Source: Elsinoe ampelina
Lineage: Eukaryota
NCBI GenBank assembly: GCA_010093995.1
Contig: ML992505.1
Coordinates: 1,133,147-1,197,146 of the forward strand
Length of the DNA: 64,000 nt
Reading direction: 5' to 3'
Below, one piece after another: positions 36,587 through 50,369 of this stretch; positions within the stretch are counted from its first letter, which is position 1, and every line of letters starts with the position of its first letter. The translations under genes and the position numbers were made by a program. The notes under the pieces are model-generated. The model made no database searches. It worked only from the letters and a program-made list of their open reading frames with translations, and was not told where the DNA came from.

Positions 36587-37859
36587 ATGGCCGATGTTTC
36601 TCTTCCGACAGCAGTTCTAGACGAGACAATGCTGCCTCGCACAAGCATCGACCAGCCTTTTCGTTTCCTAGACCTACCAGCTGAGATCAGGTATACAATC
36701 CTCTCATTTACCGACCTGGTGACACCCCGGCGAGAAGTCACTTGGAATCCAGAGCAAGGCTACCACCTCCTCCAAACCGAAACCCAGAAACGATCCTTCT
36801 GCACCCACGACCACAACCCACCCTCCAAGTCCCACCCTCGCCCCTCCCACCCCCTTCCCGCCTGCTCCCGCTGCCGATGTACCTACCACCAACTCTCCCC
36901 AGCCTCGCACAACTCCCACCCCGACAACCTCCTCCTGAAATGCAACTGCTGGCACCCTCCCCTCCCCCACCTCCTCGTCTCAAAACCCTACTCCCACCTC
37001 GCCCTCGAAACCCTCTTCACCCAAAACCGCTTCGTCATCCACCCTTCTACAGACCTCTACACCACCGCCGCCCCCTGCCGCCCCTTCCTCGGCACCGAAC
37101 TCTCCTCCTTCCTGCGCAACATGCCCACCCATCCCCTCCACTGGCTCAAAGACCTCGAGATCATCTTCCCCGCCTACGAAGCGCAGAAACACACCCGCGT
37201 CTCCAAACTAGCGATCTGGGATCTCACCTCCGTGCTCAAGGACAGGGGCCAGCTCCTCAACCTCCCCGCCATGAAAATCAAGCTATGGATCCCCTTCGTA
37301 GACCCAGACGTGTGCATCGACAAAGTGATCCTGCACACCAGGGGTCTGCCGAAGAAAGAATGCCTCAAGCTATGGCGGCGGTACAGGGAGATGGTTCTCG
37401 CCTTCACAGAGCTGCAGGTACAGGCCTTGGTATCATTCCCACCACGCGGGGTGCGATATGAGGCGGGTCGAGGGGCTGGAGGACGTGGTGGATAGGGCGT
37501 TGGTGGAGAGGAAGGTGGAGATGGAGGGGTGGTTGGAGAGGGAGGTGATGGGGAGGGAGTATGAGGGGGGTGCGGAGGGGAGGTATGAGATGCCGAAGGG
37601 GGCGAGATGGGGGGCGAGGTGGGGGAGGCCGTGTTTGCCGGGTGGGGTGAGGAGGGGGGAGACGGGGTGTCCCGGCTTGGCGGGTCTGCAGCTGGGAGGT
37701 CTGGTCACCGAATCATCAATGTCCTATTATGTGACTGTCGGACGAGAGTCACTGGTGTCCTGCAGTGCAGTGACATTCGCGCAGAGGTCGGCGTGCCGTT
37801 GTACTTGTATCATGTTGAACTACCTCTTGTCTTGCATGACCCGGCTGCGAGATAGTTGA
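36587..37859 (+). pseudogene. F-box-like protein with an apparent frameshift near 37420
   Basis: F-box-like FRFLDLPAEIRYTIL in ORF 36587-37495. A plausible C-terminus (PW..LEREVMGREYE) lies in a different frame and no clear intron links them. Confidence 0.5.
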
Positions 37860-40800
37860 CCTTCTGGCAGTGACGGTAAGTCGATGAAGCCATGGCACCG
37901 AGTTTACCTATCACGTCTTGCGAAGTCCTCGAAGACAATCGCAGGTATCGGGTAGAACCTCATCGTATCGACCTACTGATCGCTGCATGTCTTCGACTTT
38001 CACATCTCTCTTCCCTACAATGCCCGGCTTACCTGACAATGCCTGGGGCCTTCCGAGCAATGCCCTCTGACGCTTCAACCACAGATCTCTCGCGCATCTA
38101 GAACTGCTCCTCACACTCCTCTTCGTCCACAGTCCCATATCTGTCCAGCAATTCTCTCCAGTCCATATCTCAGAGCTCAATCTGGCTCCATAAGAAATAA
38201 CCTGCCACCATCCCTCCCTCTCCAGCCCTATCTGACGAGAAAGAGTCATGTCCGGTACAACAATCCACTCTGCCTTTCCGTTCACTTGCAATGTATCATG
38301 TCATTCATCTGGATCTCTAGCCGTCTACTGTAGCACGAATCCAAACGTCCAAGCGGGTGAAGGTTCTCCCATGCTATCTTACTTTGCGAAGATGCGGCTC
38401 TGCCAGCTGGGGTAGATTCTGTTTCAGGAAGCGAACACGAGACTCGTCCCATCTACTCTCTAAACATACGGGAGATAGATAGACAGAGAGATGGTTAGAT
38501 TGGGCTTACGGCCGTAGCGGTTGAGCCGTGGTGATGGGATGGTGGAGGCGGTGATGCTACCCTGCATGAGAGTCTGCATGGTGCTGGGGGCGGTCCTGGG
38601 GCACGGTCACTGCAAGGGAAGAGGTTGGTTCGCATGAGCTTGTGCGGTGGGTGTCAGACGTCGGGTCTATTCGGGCCGAGCTGCGGGGGTATGGTTGGGC
38701 CCAGGTTGTGCGTGTTGATATTGCATGACGAGGAGGTAGAAGATGTGATTTGACGGGGAGGTAGACACCGTACTGGAGGCGAGGGTTCATAGTGGAGATG
38801 AGATGGACTGCACTGAGGACTTCTTGCTGGATCGTTGATGCCTCGGCCAAAATCATGATACTGTATAGAGGCTGTCGAGTCAGTGATCAAGGGCTGCTTT
38901 GGGCAGCGTGCAAGTATGCGACTACATCCACGAATCGCTGGGAACACCCAAAAGGGCGAACCATGATGACAGGGAACGACGATAGGGTTCAGAATAAATC
39001 ACAGCTTGCCTGCAATGAGACCTACGAGCCCTCAGTATCCACAGTGTCGTGTGCAGCAGCAACGCTCGGTTCAGACCCCTCGTACCCTGCCATCTATCCC
39101 AAGCAGGCAGCTGAATAACCCAGGCCGGCCAGCACATCTGCCCCGGATCACGGGGCTTGAACCGTCCACAGCACGTCTGCAACGATGCACTCTGCACCTA
39201 CCAGGACACGTAAGATGCTAGCCACGCAGGCATGCAGATCGAACATGTCACCGCTCGGCGTGCATATTGCATGAACGGCCCCCGGTTGGAATGTCCGGGA
39301 CCAGTGATGCCTCGGCGGAGCGAGGACCCACGAAGCCAGGATTGATATTGCTCGAGCGTAGATCAGGTTCGTCTTGATCTTAGCCGCGGTCGGGGGGCAA
39401 TGCTTCTCGAGAGTGAAAAGTGACAGGGATGATCAGGCGGTCGTGAGGATACCAAGGACCGGGGTCGAGGTTAATGGTGGTCGTGGAGATACTTCGGGAG
39501 TTCTTGGGCTGGTGATGAACATGTTCCCTGTCAAGTTTTGGGAGTAAAAGTTTGATCTGTGGGTATGCTGGGAACTCGAGGCTGATGTGGTGTGCAATTT
39601 TTCTGGAAATCCTTCAGCCTGAAGTCAAGTCTCCATTAGTGAGGTGGCTCGTCTGTTGAAAGTGTACATTTGACGGACCTTGCGAGCGAATGATTCATGG
39701 TACAACTCCACAGTCTTCCCAAGAGTCAACGTGAGGCGATCTTTGGGACTGGCTATTGGTTGTAGGACCCTGGTCCGGGCAATCAAAGTCTGCTGGGCGA
39801 GGTCATGCGAGCCAAGCGAGAAAGCATGTCGGGTCGTGCATGTCAGTTCTATGCGGTGGTGAGCTGAAATGCAAGCCACATTACGTTTGGGACACCACCA
39901 ACAAGCTGTCGTGCCGTCGTTTGGGTAGTAACCCGGGGATACTCCTGTCATCGAGGACGAGATATGTATGTAAATTAAACCATCGGAGGGTCACGGGTGT
40001 GAGCGGTGCGGGAACATGATCGTGGTGGAATGTCTTGATTAAAGGCCTGTGATCGGCTGAATTCTCTTTGAGATCAGCGTGTCTAATCAAACTTGACTTT
40101 CTTCGAGATTGATGGAATGCACAAAGACAGCATGGCCTCCCCGTTGCCTGTGAGAAGATCCAGGAACAGTTCGCGCCGGCATGTCACGAGGTGTGCGGGA
40201 AGGTTTACGTCTGAAGACCGCTTGGTCGTCATTTTCCGGAAAGTCTGGGCGAGCCGTGCAGATCATGCTGTCAAATTGATCAACATCTGGACCCAAGAGT
40301 CATGGGTCATGCGTGATGGGATCCGCTCGGTGGGACATGAATCGTGGCATGCCAATGGATCAGCCGTCATGGAAGATCTGTCGACAAGGTTAATTGCTAC
40401 GCAGAGATGAAGTGGGCTTGGGTGCGGGCGAAGATCAGTCACCGGGTCCCGACGGAGGGAAGGAAGATGTGGCAATGGTCGAAAGTGATGGTCACGGAAG
40501 ATCAGCCAGCCTCTATCCATGGAAGCAGACGTGTTTGCGCAATCGTTTCCATTCGAGACCCCAGGTGGTGGATGGCACGCCGAGAAGGGTGGAGCGAGGC
40601 GAGATGACCATGATCCACGGATGAGGGCTAGAAAAGGCAGCACAGGTGAGCCACCGCAGCAGTGAGGGCTGGTAGGAATCGACCTCGAGTCTCAAGACAG
40701 GCTTGATGAAAAAGTGTCACACCTAGTTTAGAGTTTCGGGGCCTTATTTGTCAAGTTAAAAAAAAATTTGGTGAAGCAGCGTTCGCGCGATGAACTAACT

Positions 40801-41850
40801 CCTCATGGTCCTTGCGCGTCTCGAGATGCAGCAAGTGTGTCGTCCTGCAGCAGGCAGGCATGCATGGTGATGACACGGTGGTATGTAGGACCTCAAAAAT
40901 GATTGCTGTCCTGTTCGTGACTCTCGTGGCACCAGTGATTGCACCCCGGAATGCCTGTGGCGCGAGACAGTCTCGTCCTTCTTTGATAAGAAGAAAAAGG
41001 GGAGGCTTGAGGCGGTGACATGACAAGGGGAACCAGCGACAAGCTTTGGCATTCCTCTCGCCGCTCTCCGAAGAAGGCAGCATAACCTGGTTCGCATAGT
41101 CATGTTCCACCAAGACAGGGCCCTGTTCCGAGAGGGTCTTGGACGTGTACGATCGTAGAAAGACGGGCGCCCCCACTCGCACCTCGTGTGCTTCACTGCA
41201 TTGGCGCAGATTCTGGGTTGGGCGCCAGTGAAAAAATGTCTGCGACGGGCCAGATATGAAGGAGCTTGACCCGATTCCGTCGCTTTTCGCTTGCTGCCGG
41301 CCTCGATTGGGCACAGGTGAGCAAGGGGCGGACTGGCGTGGATCGACTAATCCAGCAGATGACGCCGACGTCTTTGGGCAAAGAGACTGGTCTGTTACAC
41401 GTCTTGCGAGCTCGGGCCTGATCGACCGCGTCCATGCTCTGCCGCCCTCTTTACCTGTTCCGGCGAGGTAGAGGTTACCGTCAAGTCGGTTTGACATGAC
41501 GTCCTCCGTTTCCCGGCTGGGCCTGCGCAGATCTTACCCACTGCTCCTGGTGTGTGTGATTTGCCCTGTGATCGGTCGAGTCGAGTCAAGCTCCAACAAA
41601 TAAATGACCTCTCTATTATATACGCACGATACGCGAAATTGTCGTGGTGCTTCTCACAGCAACGCACTGTATCTGAAAAAATGTGTGTGTGATTTTGATT
41701 CGTGATTGGGTGGGTATTAGATATTAGACATAACTAGTGCTGCACTCTTGCTGCACTTGGACTGCACGGGCTGAGCTGTAATTCTGCCTGAAAGCCAATC
41801 AGGACTCGCTCGCTGCTGACCATGACTTCTTTTGCATTGGTTGTATGACA

Positions 41851-41869
41851 TGTGTGTGTGTGTGTGTGT
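41851..41869. repeat. (TG)n microsatellite
   Basis: About 9 TG units, in the probable 3' UTR of the homeobox gene. Confidence 0.9.
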
Positions 41870-42032
41870 TGGATCGTGCGTGATGTGCTCATGATATTCT
41901 TCTGCGCCACGAACTCTGCTGTCCCCATGACACGCGATTGATTTCTAGTGGCTTCCGATTTGGTCTCCATCCCTGTGTAGACTGTGGAATGTGGAGGAAT
42001 GGCTTGTGGTGGGCGCGTGAAAATAAAGCAAA

Positions 42033-43341
42033 CTATGGACTCTCAGTCGTGGCCCGTCTCCCAGTCGTAGTCTTCTTGTCTCGTTGCTCTCGTAGCTCTG
42101 GGCATCGTCTGCGGTGGTTGATGAACCAATTGCTGACCTGAAAATGAAATGTTAGGGGCATACATGCATTTCGAACGAGGTTGAACATACCTGTGTCAAG
42201 TTGATTCCAGCCTTTTGTGCAAAGTACTTCTTCTCATCTTCCGATGGGTATGGATTGTCCAAGTGATCCTCAAACCAACGCTTCATAGTATCCGTAGACT
42301 CCTTGGGTAAGTTGCTTCGCTTGCGCGCCTTGGCCAATTGGTAGTCGTACACCCCAGGTCGATTGTAAGATGACACTGAAGAGGAAGCTGTTTCGGGCGC
42401 TGCCGAGTACGACGGTGGTAAGCCCCTGGATACTGTTGGTCCACGGTATTCTGGACGCGTCATTGGAGCCCCCGAGGTGGAGTAGGGCCTGTACGGGGGA
42501 GGTGACGGAGCATCGTAATTGGGGCGTCGTGGGTAATGAGGAGCTGGCTCTCTCCAGCTTGGCTGAGCAGGCTGTCTGTCGTATTCGCTCGGACGTGATA
42601 AGCTATCAAATGACCGCTTCCTTGTAGGCTGTGGTTGGGACACCACTGGCACTCGCTCTGGGTATGCTGTACGATGCTCGTATACAGGAGTCCTGATCTC
42701 AGGCAAGTAAGCTACACTCAAACGATGCCTCGAGTGTACATCCTTAGTCTGTCGGTAAGCAGCCAGATCCAGTGAGTCTCGTCGTTGAGAGAAATCGACG
42801 GGCGGCAGAGTGGAATGATGACTCGCTGGCGATGGGAAGGATGGTCTGCGTTCCCATGCGAGACTCGAGCAAGCACGCTTGTGTGCTCTCGAATAGTCGC
42901 CATCACTCTCAGGAGGGGTGATCTGAAGAGCTCTGCGAGAAGTGGTGGGCGTCGATGGAGGGCTTGCAAGGGGCTCTGCAAGAATCTACTTCAATCAGCG
43001 GCTTTCTGTGCGTGCTGGTCAGAAACACATACGGATCTGAGAGGAGGAAGAGATGGCTTTGTCGAGGCCATGGGCGGAAGAAGATTCACATGTCGAGGTG
43101 AACCATAGCTAGAGCTAGCTGGCGGCTGTCCGGCATTGGAAGACATGCTTGAAGCTTCTCTCTGCATTGAGTAAGAGGAAGGAGCGTCAACGCTCAACTT
43201 CCGTGATCGGTCGAGTGATTCTAATGAGATGTGGCTGGTTGATGATTTTGGTGTTGCAAGACCACCGCTGTGTCTGTACTGTCGATACCAGTCCGAATGG
43301 GAGTCGTGACGTGAATAGTTCGTTGGTGCCAGTACCTCCAT
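42033..43341 (-). CDS. TALE-class homeodomain transcription factor (Cup9/Tos8-like)
   Basis: RKRSNLPK..WFEDHLDNPYPSEDEK..TQ|VSNWFINHRRR after intron 42138-42190. An upstream intron (~42988-43031) joins ORF 42991-43341. Confidence 0.9.
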
Positions 43342-46300
43342 AATGCCAGATGGCGGTGACGTTTACAATGGCTTGAGATTAAAACGAATAGTCGTGAGAT
43401 TGGTCGTCAATGCAAAATACAAGTACTGTACTGGCATTAGTCTCGAGTCTTTGACCTAGAGATCATGTATCGTCGCCGGCCAACAAGCTGGTGGCAGCCA
43501 TGGCATGTTGATAGAGTGATCAAAGTCAAACTCACCAAGAATCAATGAAGGCTGTTGTGGGAAAATAAGGTCGTCATCTACAAAACCGAGATCAACATGT
43601 AACAGTCGAACGGTGTTCGGCAGGTTTGCAACGCTCCCAATGTGGCGGAAAGGGAGGACGGTTGGAGGAAAAGCGGGAGGGATTCGTCTGATGTAAAAAG
43701 AGAGGCCTTTTTGGCAGTCGATGGTAAAAGTAGGGTGGTCTGAAACGTAGGTGTCTGGGCGAGAGACCGAGGATTGGGGATACTTTCAGTGGGAACCAGT
43801 GTGGTACTTCTGACCAGAGGTAGAGACACCAGATGCTCGGTCCAAATCGCAAGCCTTCGGGTTCAAGCGTACAGTATGTCGACGAGGAATCCCTGTGCTT
43901 TGTGCTAAACCAAAAATAAAGAAGATGGATCCAGCGGTCCCCTGGGTGTGGCGCCGAGAGACGCTCTTCGTTCAACGGGCGTGTGTGGTGCGAGAGAGTG
44001 GATAAGGTAGAGAAGCGTCCATTCCAGGCAACCTTGACACAGACAGGATGAAAAAGGACAGCCGATTGGAGGAAGACCGGGCCTTGCAGTGGCTTCCCAG
44101 ATGGTTGGAGAGAGGGCGTGCATCAACATTCGAGGCCGCTGTCGCATGTCACGATCACCCGCAAGCGGACAATGCACTAGAGGTGCATTAGCGTCGACAC
44201 CGACGACGTGGGAGCGTGTAGCCAAAACCCGCACGAGCTCTCGAGATTATTCGACCTGCATGACCAGTGAGCGGGTAGCTGGTGCCAAGTGGAGCTCGTG
44301 CCCCAGGCCTGGTGAGGTGAGCTACTGTATGGAGCCTGTGGCTAACGGAGCCCTGTCCGTGTTGGCTGTGCGATGGAACCTGGATGCGAGCCAGTCCCAG
44401 GTCCCGCGAGGTTGAACGCGTTTGGCTCAAGACAAAGGACAGATGATCCCGGGGCCCGCATGGTCGGGACGGGGCGATTTCTGTGTCTCTGATTCGAACA
44501 CAAACTGGCGGTATGAGAACACGACATGGGACGTGGGCAACATGTCAGCGGCCGACCATGACTTTGCCAATGTCACACAGCATACCAAGGACAATCAATT
44601 TTGTACTTGATGAGTGCGCCACCCGATCGGCGACTCGACCACTTGGATGGACGGCCCAAAAGGCAAAAGCGTGTGACCTTTCAAAGGCGCGCGAATGTGG
44701 GTGGGGTGTGGTGTAGGGAATGCTGTCAGTGGTGTAAATGGAGGGAGCCACTCTGGGGCGCCAAGGGGCAGACCATCGGGCAGAGCATCTACCATGGTGA
44801 CATGAGTCGTAGAGCGAGAAGAATCTCAAATACCAAAGGGCTAGCACGAACCATGCCATGTCTGGCTACTCTGGTAGAAAAGACAGATCGATCCTTTGTC
44901 CCCGCAAAGCGGACCGCAGAAAGTAGTGGAGCACCGTGGTGCCAGTCTAACGGAGTCAACGGCAGGATGCACGGCCATGATCGTCGGGAACCCGAGTCAT
45001 CGGCTGCTCGTCCAAGATCCGGCAGGTCGAAACGGTCGACGGCATCTACCAAATTCCAATGGACGCGTCTTGTGGGTTCTGTAAAGGTGGCACCGTGGTT
45101 CTCGCGGCGTCAGTCTGCTCAAAACCGCAGGTCGACAGAGAATGCTGCCATCACAAGGTGGCTCTAGGCTTGTTTCTTTTTGGTGTCAACCACGTCTCGA
45201 TGGGCTGGTCAGGCCGGGTGTCAGCCCTTGACGTCGCCGAACGCTCGAGGGTCAGAAGATGATTCTGATCGGCAGCATGGTTGCGTCAGCTGCATGGAAG
45301 GAGAAGGCACCAAAAGGTCAGGGTGCAGTTGCACCTCCAAGCACGGTGCAAATCATTTCAATCCTACGGTAAACAATCATCACACGTCCGAGCGAACCCG
45401 TGGCATTTTGACAGGACTTTCCCAACCATGCTGTATATTATCCACTGTCACGAAAGGAATGCCTCGTATTGACAATCTATCTCCCTATCTACTCGTGAAC
45501 TGAAACGATAGCCAGACAGACATTGACAGGTAGGTTGAACTCGACCTCGGTACACAAGACTCCTTTCCGTCTCATCACGTCGAGGACAAGGTACGACAAG
45601 CGACCATGCCAGAGCTTGTTCGGATCATCGAGCCGCCATGCTGAGCATGCTCGCTGTCACATTGAGTTTACAGACGTTTCCACTCTGAATCGTTTTCAAC
45701 CGTTGACTGAACCGTAGCCAACGCGCAGGATCGACTGAGTGCCACGAGCATCTTCCTTCACCGTCGTGGGTGTACACACGCGCCTCACGACTCGCACACG
45801 GTCTCTTGCTCTCCTGTTTCGGACCTCCTGAGTCACCCGTGTGTGTACCAAAATGGTCGGCCGTTCCCTTTTCGGCCTCTGTGGCACTGCGTCGACGAGG
45901 CAGCAAACAAGATTCAAGCCGCCTCGTGTCCCTTTTGCAGACCAGAAAGAGATCAAGAGGATCGATTGAGGCACAACGTGATCCGTCAAGGCTGTGGGAT
46001 TCCGACCCACCGCTCTTTCCAGTCCACCATTCTCGTACTTCCGGTATCATCCTCCTAACGGCAGCTGTCTGTCATTCCCCTTGACATGACCTAACTTCCG
46101 TGTCCAAGACTCCAATGACCCACGTATCCGTCCGCCGAGCTGCTGCGAACTGTCGCACAAGACTAATGCAATATCGCTCGAGCCCACCCACACGTCGTTG
46201 TCCTTGACCCGCAAAGGCAGCCCAGCCCACCTTGATGTGCCTGGAAATAACGCTGACCCAACATTTGTGACAGGCTGGAGAGATCTCGACTGTGCCGCCG

Positions 46301-47769
46301 CGCCGGTGCCTCTCCCTGGCGACGACATTATCGACGCCATTGCACATCATGTTGGTGTCTTGACACATTCTCGCATTGGAAATTCCGCTTCTCCTCGTTT
46401 GTGGCGTCTACCTTTGAAGCAGGCCGTCCTTGACCGCTGCACGAGCAATATCCACTACACTACCTCCCACCGGCATCCACACGGCTGGAATAGCAGACGG
46501 CAGAACTGCGGGCCTTGGTATGTAATGAATGACAAGGTGATCATGAATTGCTGCCCGATAATAAGTTCCAATCCGCTGGGGGATTCCCCGCCTCGGGCCA
46601 ACATCCTGTCAAGCAAGGTTCAACTCAACAGCGTCAACGTGCATGATGAGCAACGGCTGTGAGAAGTAAAAATTCCATTTTCTATTCTTTGACACTAACC
46701 GTCAGGACAGCAGTAGCAAGAGCTCTCTCTGACGGACTCACATCCTCCATCAAGACCCAGCGACAAGGAAAAGCAGATCCACCTGCAGGGGTTCCGAGTC
46801 TCTGCACCACGAACAATACAACACAGCCTTCTGTCATAGCGTTCACGCGTTGCAGGGTCTTATTCCTGGCCGGGACAAGGATCACTGCAGGACCGTTGGC
46901 CCTTGTGTCCTCTTCATCTCAAATTTCTGCGCTCATCCCGAATCGTCGGGACATGTCAAAATCTGCACACCCATGTCACGGGACAAAAGTTCCCGTCTGC
47001 GTCTCCGTCAATGCGCTGGAATGCAGGCAGAGAGGGGAGAAATTTCAAAAAAAGAAGGCAAGAACAAGATTTCAATCTTGTGCGACCACACTTGTTCTTC
47101 CCGTCGTGCATGGCTGGTCAAGGAGCCTCGGTAACATTGTAGGCCAGTCATCCTATGTCGTGCCCTCTTCCAACTGCCTCAATCGGAAGATGAGCGCTGC
47201 ATTGGACTCACCTCGACCAAGACAAGGTATGTGATGAAACTGCTTCTCTTTGTTTGCAAAACTCGTCACCGTGCAGCATGCACAAGGATGCGCAGCCGTT
47301 GTGGATCAAGCAGCAGTGGTTGAAGAGGAAACACAATGAAGAGGACGAGCTTTCTTACTCCCTGCAAAACTGCCTCTGAGCACTCTCACTGGATAACATA
47401 AGCATCGGACCGATAACCCATCGTTCACGAACATCCACATCTGCACGACCAGGATAACCCATGTCAAAATCTCACATCCCAACCATTGAAATCGTGGTAC
47501 AGAAGAATCCACCAGGTCGGGACAGTGTGCCTGACCGCTCCCATCTCCGGCAGCACAAGCAAGCATCACGGCGGCTACGCTCGAGTAGTACAAACATGCC
47601 CCCACCTCGACGAACCCGGCAGAACAACACGACACGACGCCTACCCGCGCTCTTCCCAGTCCTGCAAGACGCAATCACCCAAACGTGTCATACAGTATCT
47701 GCATTGCCTCTATCCAGTAAACGCCACGGCCCTGCCAGTCCAACCCATGCAATCACACGTTCATAATCA

Positions 47770-48870
47770 TCACCACCCCATCATCACCGCCACCACCACC
47801 CCGACCCCCATCCCTACCCTGCCCACCATCCCCTCCCCCCTCGTCCTCCCCACACCACTCCCAACCCTCACCGCCGGCCTCCCCCCTCCCACCTCCCTCC
47901 TCCCAACCGGCACGCTCACCCCATTCAACCGATCCACCGTCTGCACCGCGGGGCCCACGTTAAAAAAATCCACCAACACCCCCCACGGCGCCCGTCCATA
48001 CTCGGCCGCACAACGATCGCTCTTGACGCCTAGATTCCCCTCCCCCGGCCCACCCGGCGCGTTCGTGACGTTCACCCTCGCCTCATCGGGCTGGTTCACA
48101 CTGCTGCCGAAAACGCTCGTGCCGTTGTCGTACAAGAAGTGGTTCACCAACGGGAGGAGACGGTTCTGGAGGGCCGTGGCGGTGTTGCCCCCGAAGCTGG
48201 TGGGGCGGTCGACGCCGCACCGTAGGAGGTCCGCGGGGGAGGTGGATCGGAAGGGGGTTTCGAAGAGGTAGGTGAATTCGTCGAGCAGGTAGGGCGCGGA
48301 AGGGGAGGGGTCGATGGAGGAGACGAAGGTGATGAGGCGGGTTTGGTTGGCGATGAGGTCGCGGAGTGAGGGCCAGGGGTTGGGTGGGGAGGAGGTGGAG
48401 GGCGGGGCGTAGGAGAGGGAGACGGCGTCGGCGGTGGCGTAGGAGGTGGCGATGTCGGAGGCCGAGGCCGAGTCGGCGTTTACGAGGATTAGGGTGACGA
48501 CTTCGTTGGGGTTGGAGGTCAGCCAGGTTACGATCGAGGTGAGCCAGGTGGTGAGTGGGCCGGCGTCGAGGAGTGCGCAGCTGGAGTGGCAGAGCTGGAG
48601 GGTGGTGTTTTGGCGGTGTACTTGGGCCGTGAGGAGGCGGACCCCGGCGTCGAGTTGTACGGTCGAGTTGTAGTAGTGGTTGCCGGATTGGACCAGGCCG
48701 TTGGCGCCGTCCCGGAGGAAGGGGGAGTTGTGCGCGCCGAGTTGGGTGATGTTGCTGTATGAGCGGTCACAAAGGGCGGCGAAGTTGTTGCATGCTTGGC
48801 CCGTGGTCTGGGAGAGGGCGGATTGGATGGTGAGGGGTAGGAGCAGGAGGAGCTGTCTGGTTGACAGCAT
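47770..48870 (-). CDS. Secreted PI-PLC-like phosphodiesterase, possibly GPI-anchored
   Basis: Signal peptide, CNNFAALCDRSYSNIT..GAHNS, QLDAGVRLL, LCHSSC..LD, NPNEVVTL, LVDFF and a hydrophobic C-terminus. Confidence 0.85.
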   Translation of the reverse strand: MLSTRQLLLLLPLTIQSALSQTTGQACNNFAALCDRSYSNITQLGAHNSPFLRDGANGLVQSGNHYYNSTVQLDAGVRLLTAQVHRQNTTLQLCHSSCALLDAGPLTTWLTSIVTWLTSNPNEVVTLILVNADSASASDIATSYATADAVSLSYAPPSTSSPPNPWPSLRDLIANQTRLITFVSSIDPSPSAPYLLDEFTYLFETPFRSTSPADLLRCGVDRPTSFGGNTATALQNRLLPLVNHFLYDNGTSVFGSSVNQPDEARVNVTNAPGGPGEGNLGVKSDRCAAEYGRAPWGVLVDFFNVGPAVQTVDRLNGVSVPVGRREVGGGRPAVRVGSGVGRTRGEGMVGRVGMGVGVVVAVMMGW

Positions 48871-49772
48871 AGTGACCTGCGTGCTTTCCTCTGTGGCCTT
48901 TTCTTTGGAGTATCAGATGCTCTTGAGCCGTTGTGATATGGTTATTATCTGTCGTTCCGTTGACCAAATCCCGAAACGCTCGTATTGATGGTTCACTGGA
49001 TGTAGTCCTTTGACGTCTGTTTGTACAATGTGTATGGTTCTGGATTAGAAGATATGTATGCAAATACAACGATCGAAGGGAAAACTGAACACACTCAAGG
49101 AGATGAAATTGTTGCTGTGCCAGAAAAGAAAACTGGACACTCTTTACCCTTACCAACCTCTATTGATCGAGGTGTCGGAGTGCTGAGCATCGCCTCCCTC
49201 ACCGCACGTCAGCTCATCCAATCGACGCCTCGCGCCCAGAGATTTGTGTGGGTAAACGTGTCCGGTTGATGTGCGTAGTGAAACGGACTTTGACCGGGAT
49301 GCTTGGATGAAGAAGCGCGTCTGTGATTGGAAATCATGACGGTGACAGACAGGATGATCTGCCCAGGGCGGCTGAACCACCGTTGGCGCTTGGAATTCCT
49401 GACGGCGACGATGAGGGCTGAAAACAAAGGTACACCTCCACCCATGTTTTTCTCGTTCCATCTGCCGCTGCACTTCTCCAGCGTCTTTGACCAGTACAGA
49501 CGCTGCGTATCATCCGTGAGATGAGGTACATTCCAAGCTCGTGGTAGGTAGACGATGGAATGTTTTCATGCACATGCGAGAGGACACGGATAGGAATGAT
49601 CCGGCCTCTCACAGTCAGGTGTTTCTCACGCAGAAAAAAAGTCTCAACTTGGCACGGCTTTACCATGACCGAGTTACCTCGTATTTCTTTCAGCGACGAC
49701 TGCTGTATTTCTTCGTGATCCTGCTTGTTTTTCTGGAATTTCCATAGACCAAGTGTAGAGTGAGAAAGCAAC

Positions 49773-50369
49773 ATGGCACAAAAAGTAGTCCTACGCTCGC
49801 CCGGCACAACCAACCATCCCGAGTACACGCCACCAGCTCTCAGTCTCCTCGAAGGCAAATGGCACGTCACACACTCTACACTTCCCATGTGGAAATCAAA
49901 ACGCAACGTCACAATCACCTACACCCTGCTCGAACCGTCGAACAAATCCATCCCAGCAGACAAGACCGACCGCATAGACGACCTAGTCACATATCAAACC
50001 TTCGACTCCGACAAAATCTCCACAGTCCACGGCGTCGACAAAGCTGCAGACCCAGAGCGACGCGACACATGGGACTGGCGAGGCAAAGGACTCTTAATGG
50101 TCGCTTCGTCCCACTGGCAGATCCTAGGCTGGGGAAACGAGGGGCCGGAGCCAGGGCAGAATCCTGATTCAAAGGGGAATGATTGGGTGGTGACTTTCTT
50201 TGCAAAGACCCTGTTCACGCCTGCTGGATTGGATATTTATAGTCGTTCGAAGAAGGGGCTTAATCCATTGACGGTGCAGAGAATTGAGAATGAGCTTGTC
50301 AAGGTGGAGAGTGAGGAGGTGAGGGAGCTGGCCAAGGGGTTGTTTGAGGTGAGGATGACTGGGAATTAA
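49773..50369 (+). CDS. Conserved hypothetical protein (lipocalin-like beta-barrel suspected)
   Basis: GKWHVTHSTLPMWK, WDWRGKG..SSHWQILG and FAKTLFTPAGLDIYSR. The GxW start and terminal SR resemble lipocalin motifs. Confidence 0.75.
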   Translation: MAQKVVLRSPGTTNHPEYTPPALSLLEGKWHVTHSTLPMWKSKRNVTITYTLLEPSNKSIPADKTDRIDDLVTYQTFDSDKISTVHGVDKAADPERRDTWDWRGKGLLMVASSHWQILGWGNEGPEPGQNPDSKGNDWVVTFFAKTLFTPAGLDIYSRSKKGLNPLTVQRIENELVKVESEEVRELAKGLFEVRMTGN

